Below, piece by piece: positions 1 through 9,641 of a DNA stretch of 64,000 nucleotides. Both the position numbers and the translations under genes were made by a program. The stretch spans positions 24 to 64,023 of the forward strand of contig JAKQKY010000494.1 in the NCBI GenBank assembly GCA_029560415.1, given 5' to 3'. The notes beneath the pieces are model-generated. The model saw only the letters and a program-made list of their open reading frames with translations. It was not told where the DNA came from and searched no databases. This DNA comes from Bacteroidota bacterium. Lineage in GTDB: Bacteria; Bacteroidota; Bacteroidia; Chitinophagales; Chitinophagaceae. The first letter of the stretch is position 1. The number at the start of each line of letters is the position of its first letter.

Positions 1-52
1 CAAAGGGTATTACTATAATAAATACGAAGTGGAAGCCAGGCAGGCTGAAACA

Positions 53-790
53 TCATAAAATCCATTCAACTTCTCCGAATTCAAATTGCCGGTCGATAGA
101 ATCTTTGGTGAGTAATTGTCCGAATTTATTCACTTCCCTGATCGTTGTTTCGAAAACAACATTTTCTCTTCTCAATTTTACCCGTTCGTTTCGTTTGTAC
201 AATCTCCCGTTGTAAGTGTGTAATACTTCTTCTGCACTGGCAAATGCCGACCCGTTAACTTCCTGAAGGATCAACTGGTGTAAGTTTTGGGCAAGTGTAG
301 TGGCATCATAGCTTTTGCCAGTTACCTGCCGGATGGAAACCGGGTTTTTAAGTGCCGGATCAAAGGAAAGTTGGTTTACATTGATACCGACCCCCACAAC
401 AGCCCATTTCCAAACAGCACCCTGGTAAATATTTTCGATAAGAATACCTCCTGCCTTTCTGTCACTTATATACAGATCGTTGGGCCATTTAATCGTTAAT
501 TCTTCTTTAAAACAGGTTGCCAGGAAATTAAAACAGGCATTGGCCACGGCCATGTTAAATACAAAGGGTTGGCTGGTAAACAGGCCTGCAGGCGCTATGA
601 CCACGCTTAAAGCAATGTTTTCTCCTGGCTGGCTAAGCCACTCACGGCCCCGCTGGCCCTTACCTGCAGTTTGTTCCATTGCAAACCAGGCCATTCCATG
701 CTTCGCCAATCCTGCATGCAACTTGGCCATGGCATAGTTGTTGGTACTATCCACCGTATCCAAAATGCTGAATAATTCTGTTGTTTTCAT
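53..790 (-). CDS. birA: Biotin--[acetyl-CoA-carboxylase] ligase (no N-terminal HTH)
   Basis: DSTN, GKGQRGREW, KWPND and KAGGILIE motifs. Start placed at ATG 790 (MKTTELF) inside ORF 53..874. Confidence 0.93.
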   Translation of the reverse strand: MKTTELFSILDTVDSTNNYAMAKLHAGLAKHGMAWFAMEQTAGKGQRGREWLSQPGENIALSVVIAPAGLFTSQPFVFNMAVANACFNFLATCFKEELTIKWPNDLYISDRKAGGILIENIYQGAVWKWAVVGVGINVNQLSFDPALKNPVSIRQVTGKSYDATTLAQNLHQLILQEVNGSAFASAEEVLHTYNGRLYKRNERVKLRRENVVFETTIREVNKFGQLLTKDSIDRQFEFGEVEWIL

Positions 791-904
791 AAATGACCAA
801 TGGCAAAGAAATAGTACTTTTGAGATAAGTTGCAAACTAATGGATTTTAGTTTAGCAAAGCATGGCCATTCCATGAACCTATATCATAATAAATTGTTAC
901 ACAT

Positions 905-1306
905 TTGAGCAACCTGAACGTATTAAGCAGCCGCAAAAAGAGCCTGACCAGATTAACCAGAAACAGTAAGATTTTCAAAACAATCATTCATGCCATCCAG
1001 GAGAAAAAAGGAGAACAGATCGTTAGCCTCGATCTCCGGAAAATTCCCGAAGCGGTTTCCGATTTTTTTATCATCTGCCAGGCCAATAATAACAACCAGT
1101 TAAAAGCCATTGCCGATTATATTGAAGAAGATGTAAAAAATAATTGTGGCGAAATACCGTTTAAGCACGAAGGCAGGCAGGCCGAGCAATGGATACTCAT
1201 CGATTATGTGAATGTAGTGGTTCACATCATGCTTTCCGAACCCCGCAAATTTTATCGCCTGGAAGAACTCTGGAGCGATGCACCCTCTATGGAACACAAT
1301 GACTAA
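905..1306 (+). CDS. rsfS: Ribosome silencing factor
   Basis: EKKGEQI..LDL, DFFIIC, WILIDYVNVVVHI and RKFYRLEELW motifs. TTG start. Confidence 0.95.
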   Translation: MSNLNVLSSRKKSLTRLTRNSKIFKTIIHAIQEKKGEQIVSLDLRKIPEAVSDFFIICQANNNNQLKAIADYIEEDVKNNCGEIPFKHEGRQAEQWILIDYVNVVVHIMLSEPRKFYRLEELWSDAPSMEHND

Positions 1307-1340
1307 ACCCAACAAATAACGTCCCTAGCACATATTACAA

Positions 1341-3425
1341 ATGGCACAACAAGACATGAACCAATCAGGCAATAAAAGGAAGATAACTCCCGACAACATC
1401 CCTCCAATGGGCGATGACCAGAAGAAAAAAAATAAATTCAACATATACTGGATTTATGGAATCGTATTTATATCCATCATTGCGTATAACCTTTTCCGTG
1501 ATGTCAACAGCAGCGGCATAGAAACCGACCAGCAGAAGTTTTACGAAATGGTGAAACAGGGCGACGTGGAAAAGATCAAAACCATCCGTAATAAAAAACT
1601 CGTGAGGGTTTTCCTGAAAAAAGACAGCCTGATCAGTAAAGCAGGCCTCTACAGCCAATTGCTCAACGACAAGCAGGATGAAAAGAAGTACGAAGCCGCA
1701 AAGAAATCAAATCCACCACAACTATACTTTAGTATTGTAGATGATAAAACATTTGCTTCGCAGATCGGTGAATTTTATAAACGCAATCCAGGCTTACCCG
1801 AAGTAGCCGATTCTCCTGATGATGAAGGCGAATTATTCGGACAGATCATCAGCACCCTATTACCCATCCTGCTCATCGGTTTCTTATTTGTGCTGATGAT
1901 GCGCAAGGTTGGCGGACCAGGTGGTGGCGGCGGACCAGGCGGCATTTTCAACATCGGAAAATCAAAAGCAACCTTATTTGAAAAAGGAACGAAGGTGAAT
2001 ATCAATTTCGGTGATGTAGCCGGGCTTGATGAAGCCAAGGTGGAAGTGATGGAGATCGTTGACTTCCTGAAAAATCCTAAAAAATATACAGCCTTGGGTG
2101 GAAAGATCCCGAAAGGTGCATTGTTGGTTGGACCTCCCGGTACCGGTAAAACGCTGTTGGCAAAAGCCGTGGCCGGTGAAGCACAGGTTCCTTTCTTCAG
2201 CCTTAGTGGTAGTGATTTCGTGGAAATGTTTGTAGGTGTGGGTGCAAGTCGCGTAAGAGACCTGTTTAAACAGGCCCGCGAAAAAGCTCCATGCATCATC
2301 TTCATCGATGAAATTGATGCTATTGGTCGTGCACGTGGTAAGAATGTAATGATGAGCAACGATGAAAGGGAAAATACCCTCAACCAGCTCCTCGTGGAAA
2401 TGGATGGCTTTGGTACCGATCTTGGTATCATCATCCTGGCAGCAACAAACAGGCCCGACGTACTGGATAACGCATTGCTGCGTCCGGGTCGTTTCGATCG
2501 CCAGATCACTATCGACAGGCCCGATCTCGTTGGCCGTGAAGCCATCTTCAAGGTTCACCTGGTTCCCATCAAGATCTCTCAAAAACTCGATATTCATAAA
2601 CTGGCCGAACAAACACCTGGTTTTGCAGGAGCCGATATTGCCAACGTTTGTAATGAAGCTGCTTTGATCGCTGCCAGGAAAAATAAAGATGCGGTAGACA
2701 TGAGCGATTTCCAGGATGCGATTGACCGTGTTATCGGTGGACTGGAAAAGAAAAACAAGATCATTTCACCGGAAGAAAAAGAGATCATTGCATATCATGA
2801 AGCAGGTCATGCCATCTGCGGCTGGTACTTAGAGCACGCGTACCCGTTATTAAAGGTTACCATCGTGCCAAGGGGAACTGCTGCATTGGGTTATGCGCAA
2901 TACACACCGAAAGAACAATACCTGTATAATACAGATCAGCTGATCGACCAGATCTGTATGACCCTGGGTGGAAGAGCCAGTGAAGAAATTTTCTTCGGAA
3001 AAATAAGCACAGGTGCCAGCAACGATCTGCAACAGATCACCAAGATTGCCTACAGCATGGTTACAGTGTATGGTATGAACGATAAAGTGGGCAACATCAG
3101 TTTTTATGATCCTGCACAGGAAAATTATTTTACCAAACCTTATAGCGAGGAAACCGGTAAGATGATCGATCATGAAGTACGTAAACTCATCGACGGGGCT
3201 TATGTGAAAACCAAGAACCTCCTTATTGAAAAAAGAGGCGACGTAGAAAAACTGGCCAAAGAACTCCTGGTGAAAGAAGTATTATTTAAGAGCGATGTGG
3301 AAGCACTTATCGGCAAACGCCCTTTCGAAGAAAAGAAATTACTCGATATCGAACCGGAAGGATTGGTGAGTGATGAACCATCTAATACTATACCTGAAGA
3401 ATTAAAAAATCCGCCAACCATTTAA
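1341..3425 (+). CDS. ftsH: ATP-dependent zinc metalloprotease FtsH
   Basis: Two N-terminal TM helices, Walker A GPPGTGKT, Walker B FIDEID, SRH RPGRFDR and HEAGH zinc motif. Confidence 0.98.
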   Translation: MAQQDMNQSGNKRKITPDNIPPMGDDQKKKNKFNIYWIYGIVFISIIAYNLFRDVNSSGIETDQQKFYEMVKQGDVEKIKTIRNKKLVRVFLKKDSLISKAGLYSQLLNDKQDEKKYEAAKKSNPPQLYFSIVDDKTFASQIGEFYKRNPGLPEVADSPDDEGELFGQIISTLLPILLIGFLFVLMMRKVGGPGGGGGPGGIFNIGKSKATLFEKGTKVNINFGDVAGLDEAKVEVMEIVDFLKNPKKYTALGGKIPKGALLVGPPGTGKTLLAKAVAGEAQVPFFSLSGSDFVEMFVGVGASRVRDLFKQAREKAPCIIFIDEIDAIGRARGKNVMMSNDERENTLNQLLVEMDGFGTDLGIIILAATNRPDVLDNALLRPGRFDRQITIDRPDLVGREAIFKVHLVPIKISQKLDIHKLAEQTPGFAGADIANVCNEAALIAARKNKDAVDMSDFQDAIDRVIGGLEKKNKIISPEEKEIIAYHEAGHAICGWYLEHAYPLLKVTIVPRGTAALGYAQYTPKEQYLYNTDQLIDQICMTLGGRASEEIFFGKISTGASNDLQQITKIAYSMVTVYGMNDKVGNISFYDPAQENYFTKPYSEETGKMIDHEVRKLIDGAYVKTKNLLIEKRGDVEKLAKELLVKEVLFKSDVEALIGKRPFEEKKLLDIEPEGLVSDEPSNTIPEELKNPPTI

Positions 3426-3434
3426 GTTTGAACA

Positions 3435-4058
3435 ATGGCCATATCAGCGGCAAAAGAAAATATATTAAAACGAATACGGCAGGCACTGAGTAATCCGGTG
3501 CCTTTGCCTTTTCCGCACAGCGAAGGTGCGCAGTCTGTATTCACCCCGGCACAGGATGACACTGCAATTATTTTTGCGCAGGAATTTACCAAACTGCAGG
3601 GAAAGTTTGCATTTTGTCCGGATGCAGAAGATCTTAAAAAGCAACTTGCCTTATTGATACAGGAAAGGGGATGGACAAAAATCTATTACCGCGAAGACCC
3701 TGTGGCACTGTTGTTAAGAGGTGCTAAAAGCTCGCCCGATCTTGCTTCCTGTGATGTGTCCATAACAGGTTGCGAATGCCTGGTTGCGAGAACAGGCACA
3801 ATCGTGATGAGCTCCGCACAGCAAAGCGGAAGAACCACGAGTGTATATGCGCCGATCCATATATGTGTTGCATACAGCAACCAGTTGATGTATGACCTCA
3901 AAGATGCTTTTGCTTTTTTAAAAGAAAAATATCAACAAGGAATGCCTTCTCTCATCAGCTTTGCCAGCGGCCCCAGCCGTACAGCAGACATTGAGAAAAC
4001 ACTTGTAACAGGTGTTCATGGTCCAAAAGAAGTATATTGTTTCCTCGTGGAAGCCTAA
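3435..4058 (+). CDS. LUD domain protein (LutC/YkgG family)
   Basis: C-terminal SGPSRTADIE..LVTGVHGP signature. Confidence 0.88.
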   Translation: MAISAAKENILKRIRQALSNPVPLPFPHSEGAQSVFTPAQDDTAIIFAQEFTKLQGKFAFCPDAEDLKKQLALLIQERGWTKIYYREDPVALLLRGAKSSPDLASCDVSITGCECLVARTGTIVMSSAQQSGRTTSVYAPIHICVAYSNQLMYDLKDAFAFLKEKYQQGMPSLISFASGPSRTADIEKTLVTGVHGPKEVYCFLVEA

Positions 4059-4076
4059 CTCCTAAATTTTGATTAC

Positions 4077-4505
4077 ATGAAAACAACTACTTATAAATTA
4101 TTTGTATACGGTTCACTGCGAAGTGGTTTCCGCAATCCTGCGTATGAATATCTCACCCGGTATTTTCACCTGATGGGAGAAGGGCTTGTGCAGGGTAAAT
4201 TTTATGATAAAGGAGATTACCCGGTAGCCATTCCATCGAAAGATGATTCATTCATCACAGGTGAATTATATGAAGCCAATAACCCGGAAGAGTTTTGCTG
4301 GGCCATCGATCAGCTCGACGACTACGAAGGACTGAATGTTGAAGAAGGCGAAACGCCTTTATATAAGCGTGACCTGGCACAGGTTTTCCAGGATGGCATT
4401 GCTACCAATGCATGGATCTATTGGTACAACGGTTCGGTAAGCAACATGAAAGAGATCGATACAGGCGATGTATTGAAATACCTTCAGCAGAAAAACAAAC
4501 CGTAA
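4077..4505 (+). CDS. Gamma-glutamylcyclotransferase family protein
   Basis: LFVYGSLR N-terminal motif, GELY, LDDYEG and AWIYWY. Confidence 0.88.
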   Translation: MKTTTYKLFVYGSLRSGFRNPAYEYLTRYFHLMGEGLVQGKFYDKGDYPVAIPSKDDSFITGELYEANNPEEFCWAIDQLDDYEGLNVEEGETPLYKRDLAQVFQDGIATNAWIYWYNGSVSNMKEIDTGDVLKYLQQKNKP

Positions 4506-4517
4506 TATATTTTACAG

Positions 4518-5270
4518 ATGACCTCATCCAAAAAAATATATTTCCTCTCCGATTTTCACCTGGGCGCTCCCAATGCTGCTGAAAGCCTGGTACGTGAAAA
4601 AAGGATCATTCGTTTTTTAGATGAGATCAAAAATGATGCAGCACAGATTTTTATTTTAGGCGACTTGTTTGATTTCTGGTTCGAATATAAAAAGGTAGTG
4701 CCAAAAGGATATGTACGTATCCTTGGGAAACTTGCAGAAATAACGGATGCCGGAATTCCTATACATTTTTTTGTCGGCAACCATGATATGTGGATGAGGG
4801 ATTATTTTCAAAAAGAATTGAACATCCCTGTTTACTTTGAACCTGTTGCTTTTGACCTGTTTGGAAAAAAATTCCTGATCGGGCATGGCGATGGACTGGG
4901 GCCCGGCGATCACGGGTATAAATTCATCAAGAAAATATTCAGGAATAAAGCCTGCCAATGGCTGTTTGGTATTTTACCTCCTTATATCGGCATGGGGCTT
5001 GCAGATTATTTCAGTAAAAAAAGCAGGGCCCAAACCGGCCAAACAGATGAGGTGTTCCTGGGAGAAGATAAAGAATGGCTCATCATTTATTGTAAGGAAG
5101 TGCTTAAGACCACTCATTATGATTATTTTATTTTTGGCCACAGGCATTTACCCCTTAACGTTAGCCTTAGTGGAAATAGCAGGTATATAAATCTCGGGGA
5201 CTGGATCAAATACAATACTTATGCGTGCTTCAATGGAAACGAACTTGAATTAATATATTACAAGGGCTAG
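4518..5270 (+). CDS. lpxH: UDP-2,3-diacylglucosamine diphosphatase
   Basis: Calcineurin-like motifs SDFHLG, LGDLFDFW, GNHD, HGD, GHRH and NLGDW. Confidence 0.88.
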   Translation: MTSSKKIYFLSDFHLGAPNAAESLVREKRIIRFLDEIKNDAAQIFILGDLFDFWFEYKKVVPKGYVRILGKLAEITDAGIPIHFFVGNHDMWMRDYFQKELNIPVYFEPVAFDLFGKKFLIGHGDGLGPGDHGYKFIKKIFRNKACQWLFGILPPYIGMGLADYFSKKSRAQTGQTDEVFLGEDKEWLIIYCKEVLKTTHYDYFIFGHRHLPLNVSLSGNSRYINLGDWIKYNTYACFNGNELELIYYKG

Positions 5271-5272
5271 TC

Positions 5273-6133
5273 ATGCTAAAAAAGATCTTACCATACCTGT
5301 TAGTTTTGTCATGTTTATTCATGCAGGAAGGATTTGCCCAGGTATCACAGGCTGCAGACAGCTCAACGGCCCAAATAAAACCCGGCAAGGCCTCGTTTGA
5401 ACTAATAAAAAAAATTACTGGGAATTATATTTATCTGAATGTAGATGTACTGGATAATATCTATCTTATCAATGCCGGTAACCGCCTCATCAAACTCAAC
5501 AGCAACGGTGATTCGATGGCTGTTTTCAATGATGTAAAAAAATACGGCAACCCTACCCTGCTCGATGTAAGCAACCCACTTAAAATACTGCTCTACTATA
5601 AACCTTTTTCTACGGTTGTAATTCTAGACCGATTGCTCATCATGCGCAATACGATCAACCTCAGAAAGCAACAGATATTCAGTGTGCAGGCAATCGCCAC
5701 TTCCTACGATAACAATATCTGGATCTTTGATGAGCAGGATTTCAAACTGAAAAAAGTAGACGAAGATGGCAAGCTCTTGCAGGAAAGCACCGACATGCGT
5801 TCCCTGTTAGATACGGTTCCATCGCCCACACAACTGATCGATAACGATAACATCGTTTATCTCTATGATGAAAACAAAGGATTTTACCTGTTTGATTATT
5901 ATGGCGCATTAAAGAATAATCTTCCTTTTCTCCATTGGCAAAACCCGGCCATTGCCCGCAATACCATGTATGGATTTAGTGAGAACAAGCTGATGAGTTA
6001 TGAATTAAAAAGCCTCGATCTTAAAAAATATACTTTACCGGATTACTTTAAGGGCTATCTATCCATAAAGGCCATCAACGGTAAGGTTTACCTGCTGAAA
6101 GAAGATGGCTTGTATATTTACCAGGTGCAATAG
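5273..6133 (+). CDS. Exported hypothetical protein (possible beta-propeller)
   Basis: 286-aa ORF with a signal peptide and repeated beta-rich segments. Starts 2 nt after lpxH. Confidence 0.7.
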   Translation: MLKKILPYLLVLSCLFMQEGFAQVSQAADSSTAQIKPGKASFELIKKITGNYIYLNVDVLDNIYLINAGNRLIKLNSNGDSMAVFNDVKKYGNPTLLDVSNPLKILLYYKPFSTVVILDRLLIMRNTINLRKQQIFSVQAIATSYDNNIWIFDEQDFKLKKVDEDGKLLQESTDMRSLLDTVPSPTQLIDNDNIVYLYDENKGFYLFDYYGALKNNLPFLHWQNPAIARNTMYGFSENKLMSYELKSLDLKKYTLPDYFKGYLSIKAINGKVYLLKEDGLYIYQVQ

Positions 6134-6159
6134 TGTGTATTTTGTTTTAAATTTAAACC

Positions 6160-7287
6160 ATGTATTTTTTAGAAACTTTATTCCTCGATAATACCCTGAA
6201 GAGTTATGGCATCGTGTTGGGCACGATTGCTTTTGTATTGTTATTCAAAAGGCTTTTATCACATTATGTAGCTTCCTTATTATTTTTATTCGTTAAAAAT
6301 CATTGGAAGACGATTCAGAAGAAGGAATTTATTTCGCTCATCATAAAACCGCTGGCCTGGTTCATCACCATTTCCATTTCTGTTTTTGCTATCGATAAAC
6401 TCATTTTCCCCGAGGCCTGGAAATTTACCATTTATGGCCACCCCACTGAAGAGATTTTGGAAAAGATCGGTAAATGCCTCATTGTACTGTATTTTATCTG
6501 GTTTGTTTTAAGCCTCATCAACTTCGTTGCCCTGATCTTTGAACAAAAAGCAAAGACCACCAAGGATAAAAGAGATGACCAGCTCATTGTTTTCTTCCGC
6601 GATTTTTTAAAAGTGATCGTGGTGATCCTGGGTATATTGCTGCTCATCAAAGCAGGATTTAACCAGGATGTGGGTACCGTACTCACCGGCCTTAGCATTG
6701 TAGGAGCCGCCATGGCCCTGGCTGCGAAGGAAAGTCTTGAAAACCTCATTGCCTCTTTCATTATCTTTTTTGATAAACCTTTCTTTACCGGCGATACGCT
6801 TAAAGTAAATAATGTAACCGGAACGGTTGAACACATCGGGCTCAGGAGTACCCGCATTCGCACAGCTGACAAAACACTGGTGACCGTGCCCAATAAACAA
6901 ATGGTGGATAGCGTGGTAGATAATTTCAGCATGCGCACGCAACGTAGAGCCGAACTGAAACTTGAATTTTCGGCAAAGACCAATACCCCGGAACTTGAAA
7001 ACTTTATTCAATCGGCAAAAAAAATGCTCTCGGAAAAACAGGATGTCATTGAAAAGTACTCTGTTTTCTTTTCAGAATACAATAAGAATGGTATAACAAT
7101 CACCATTGAATATTTTACCATTCATTTCTCCATGACAGAATTCAATCAATTAAAGGAAACGATCAACATTGAATTAAAAAAACAGATCGAAAGCCTGGGG
7201 CTCGAAATGGCTTCTGCTGGCAGCGACATCAATATTTTTAGTGGAGATGCAAATACCGGTCAATCCAAGAGCCAGCCGATTATTTAA
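6160..7287 (+). CDS. MscS family mechanosensitive channel
   Basis: Multiple TMs, ALAAKESLENLIAS, DKPFFTGD, GTVEHIGLRSTRIRT and VPN. Confidence 0.93.
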   Translation: MYFLETLFLDNTLKSYGIVLGTIAFVLLFKRLLSHYVASLLFLFVKNHWKTIQKKEFISLIIKPLAWFITISISVFAIDKLIFPEAWKFTIYGHPTEEILEKIGKCLIVLYFIWFVLSLINFVALIFEQKAKTTKDKRDDQLIVFFRDFLKVIVVILGILLLIKAGFNQDVGTVLTGLSIVGAAMALAAKESLENLIASFIIFFDKPFFTGDTLKVNNVTGTVEHIGLRSTRIRTADKTLVTVPNKQMVDSVVDNFSMRTQRRAELKLEFSAKTNTPELENFIQSAKKMLSEKQDVIEKYSVFFSEYNKNGITITIEYFTIHFSMTEFNQLKETINIELKKQIESLGLEMASAGSDINIFSGDANTGQSKSQPII

Positions 7288-7795
7288 GCAGCTCGGCAAC
7301 TTCTTTATCCCATTTACCCGTTTTACCATATTCAACAACTCGTCCAACTTCTTTGCCATCCTTCATAACGATAATGGTAGGCACATTGGTAATGTTGAAC
7401 GCATCGGCCAAATGACCCAATGTTTTCTTTGCACGGTTTACACCAAAAAAGCTGATGGCTTCATCCGGGAATCCGCTCATCTCCTGCCATTTAAAAAATT
7501 TAGGAAGAACATACTGAGTGTCTTCGCACCATGTGCCACCAAAAATAATGAACTGTACTTTTCCTTTGGAGGCTTCAAGAGCGTTGACCAACTCGGCATC
7601 GGGTGTATAACTGCTCTGGGCTGAACCATACCATTTAAAGGCATCGTTGTTCAGTAAAATATATTTACTAATGATGCCGTTGAGAATAGTCACTTCCGGA
7701 TGCTTTTCATCCGGTGCGGATGTGTAAGGTGTTTGTGCAGATACTAACTGTGCAGAAGCAAAGAAAACCAGGCACAGCAATAAAAACTTCTTCAT
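7280..7795 (-). CDS. Exported thioredoxin family protein
   Basis: Signal peptide, GTWCEDT (single-Cys) site and cis-Pro NVPT motif. Confidence 0.85.
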   Translation of the reverse strand: MKKFLLLCLVFFASAQLVSAQTPYTSAPDEKHPEVTILNGIISKYILLNNDAFKWYGSAQSSYTPDAELVNALEASKGKVQFIIFGGTWCEDTQYVLPKFFKWQEMSGFPDEAISFFGVNRAKKTLGHLADAFNITNVPTIIVMKDGKEVGRVVEYGKTGKWDKEVAELLK

Positions 7796-7804
7796 GAATG
7801 TATT

Positions 7805-8380
7805 TTAGAGGTTAGCTTTTAATTCGCTTAAAAATGATCGGAGATTCTTCAATGATTCGATCATTTCAAATTTCTTTTCGGCGTATTTGTTCTTTTTTAA
7901 AAAATCCTTTGCGCCTTCAATCGTATATTTCCTTTCTCTTAATAAATGATAAATGAGTTTGAGGTTCTTTACATCTTCGGGCCTGAAGAAACGGTCGCCC
8001 TTTGCATTCTTCTTAGGTTTTAAAATAGAAAACTCATTTTCCCAAAAACGGATCAAGGACTGATTTACCTTGAACATTTCCGAAACAGCGCCTATGGGGT
8101 AATAACTTTTTTCAAACAAAACCGCGTCATCGGGAATATCCAGTTTATCGGCCGATGCACTCATGTCGCTCAGCTTCATTCGGCCCCTGGTTGATTTTCG
8201 GGGTGCAACTTCTGTACTGATGGTTGTTACTTCCATCACGTCTACCTCAACCGGGCTCACCAGGTCAATCACTTCTGTTTCCATCACCTGTGTTGGACGA
8301 ACAGGTTCGGCTACAGGTTGCGCAGGTTGGTTTTCTTCCGGGAAAAAATCAAAGTCGAATGATGTTTGTTTGAGTGCCAT
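7805..8380 (-). CDS. MerR family HTH regulator with N-terminal extension
   Basis: YYPIGAVSEMF..SLIRFWENEF..KGDRFF MerR HTH preceded by ~85 aa of low-complexity sequence. Confidence 0.88.
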   Translation of the reverse strand: MALKQTSFDFDFFPEENQPAQPVAEPVRPTQVMETEVIDLVSPVEVDVMEVTTISTEVAPRKSTRGRMKLSDMSASADKLDIPDDAVLFEKSYYPIGAVSEMFKVNQSLIRFWENEFSILKPKKNAKGDRFFRPEDVKNLKLIYHLLRERKYTIEGAKDFLKKNKYAEKKFEMIESLKNLRSFLSELKANL

Positions 8381-8459
8381 GTTACATGAGTTAACAGGTT
8401 CTGAAATGATTAGATAAACGCAGGGTTAAACCAGCCCTGGCCACCGTTCTGCCATAAAG

Positions 8460-9434
8460 TTAATCAAAACTTTTGGCACTACCGGTAGATGCGATCTTCA
8501 GTAGCCGGTCATATTGTTCGGCATTAAGATCGTTGTAGAAAAAATAAACAGGATCAACTTCCTGTCCATTGATATGTACTTCATAATGACAATGCGGGCC
8601 GGTACTTTTACCGGTGCTGCCCACCCAGCCTATCACTTCACCCCGCTTAACTTTCTGCCCCACCCTGGCTTTGATGCGCACCATATGACCATACAAAGTT
8701 TCATAACCATATCCATGATTGATGATCACGTGATTTCCATAACCGCTTTCCGAAAACCCAGAAGATTTTATCGTTCCATTGCCGGTTGCATAAATGGGTG
8801 TGCCCTGTGATGCAGTAAAATCAAGCCCTTTATGCATTTTCGGTGTGCCATATACAGGGTCGATACGCATTCCAAATCCACTGGCGATGCGGTTGAGTTG
8901 TTTATTGCTAACGGGTTGAATGGCAGGGATGCTGGCGAGTTTCACATCCTGGTTCTTGATCAGCTTGGCAATGGCATCATAACTTTGAAACTGGTAAGTA
9001 ACGCGGGCCATGATGTTATTAAGTTGTTTGGCGATGTCGTTTTCCAATGTATTATCATCCATCTTGCCAACCTTATCCAGCTCTTTTTTCTGTTCAATCA
9101 GTTTGGCCCGGGCGCTATCGGGCAATGGATTTGCATCGAAGATTGAACGATAAACCTCGTTATCTCTTTTCTCGAGGGCAGCCATCTGTTCCTGCAATGA
9201 CTTTACTTTAGTATTGATCTCGGTATAATTTTCCTTCAATAATTCGTATCGGCGGTTGGCTTCAATTTCGGCTGGTTTGGGAAAGAACCGGTTGTAGAGA
9301 TAAATGATGATGGCAGAACTAACCAGCAGGGCAGATAAAAAACCAAATAACCTTAGCAGCTTTACACGAAGGGGCGTAACAAGCTTTTCGTACCGAAGCG
9401 TATGAGTATTATAGTAGTACTTTATTTTTTTCAT
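8460..9434 (-). CDS. M23 family metallopeptidase
   Basis: HKGLD, YGH and STGPHCHYEV zinc motifs, with N-terminal TM and coiled coil. Start at ATG 9434. Confidence 0.93.
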   Translation of the reverse strand: MKKIKYYYNTHTLRYEKLVTPLRVKLLRLFGFLSALLVSSAIIIYLYNRFFPKPAEIEANRRYELLKENYTEINTKVKSLQEQMAALEKRDNEVYRSIFDANPLPDSARAKLIEQKKELDKVGKMDDNTLENDIAKQLNNIMARVTYQFQSYDAIAKLIKNQDVKLASIPAIQPVSNKQLNRIASGFGMRIDPVYGTPKMHKGLDFTASQGTPIYATGNGTIKSSGFSESGYGNHVIINHGYGYETLYGHMVRIKARVGQKVKRGEVIGWVGSTGKSTGPHCHYEVHINGQEVDPVYFFYNDLNAEQYDRLLKIASTGSAKSFD

Positions 9435-9641
9435 ATAGATCAAAACCCGTTCAGGGTCTTTAAAACTCAACCTTAATTACTAAATTGCAGCTTTAGTAAA
9501 CAGATTGCAGTTCTTTTCCGGCGATTCAGCTGGTACCAGCCGATATTGTTTTGTTTATAATATGTATAAACAATCATACCCGGTACGTACAAATATAAAC
9601 CGATAAATTACAATAAGCAACCCAATCAAATAATAGAAACT

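Noticed and set aside
1775-2612. Long antisense ORFs within ftsH, and similar ones within alaS, susC, uvrD and others
   Set aside because: They fully overlap well-supported genes on the opposite strand and are codon-bias shadows.
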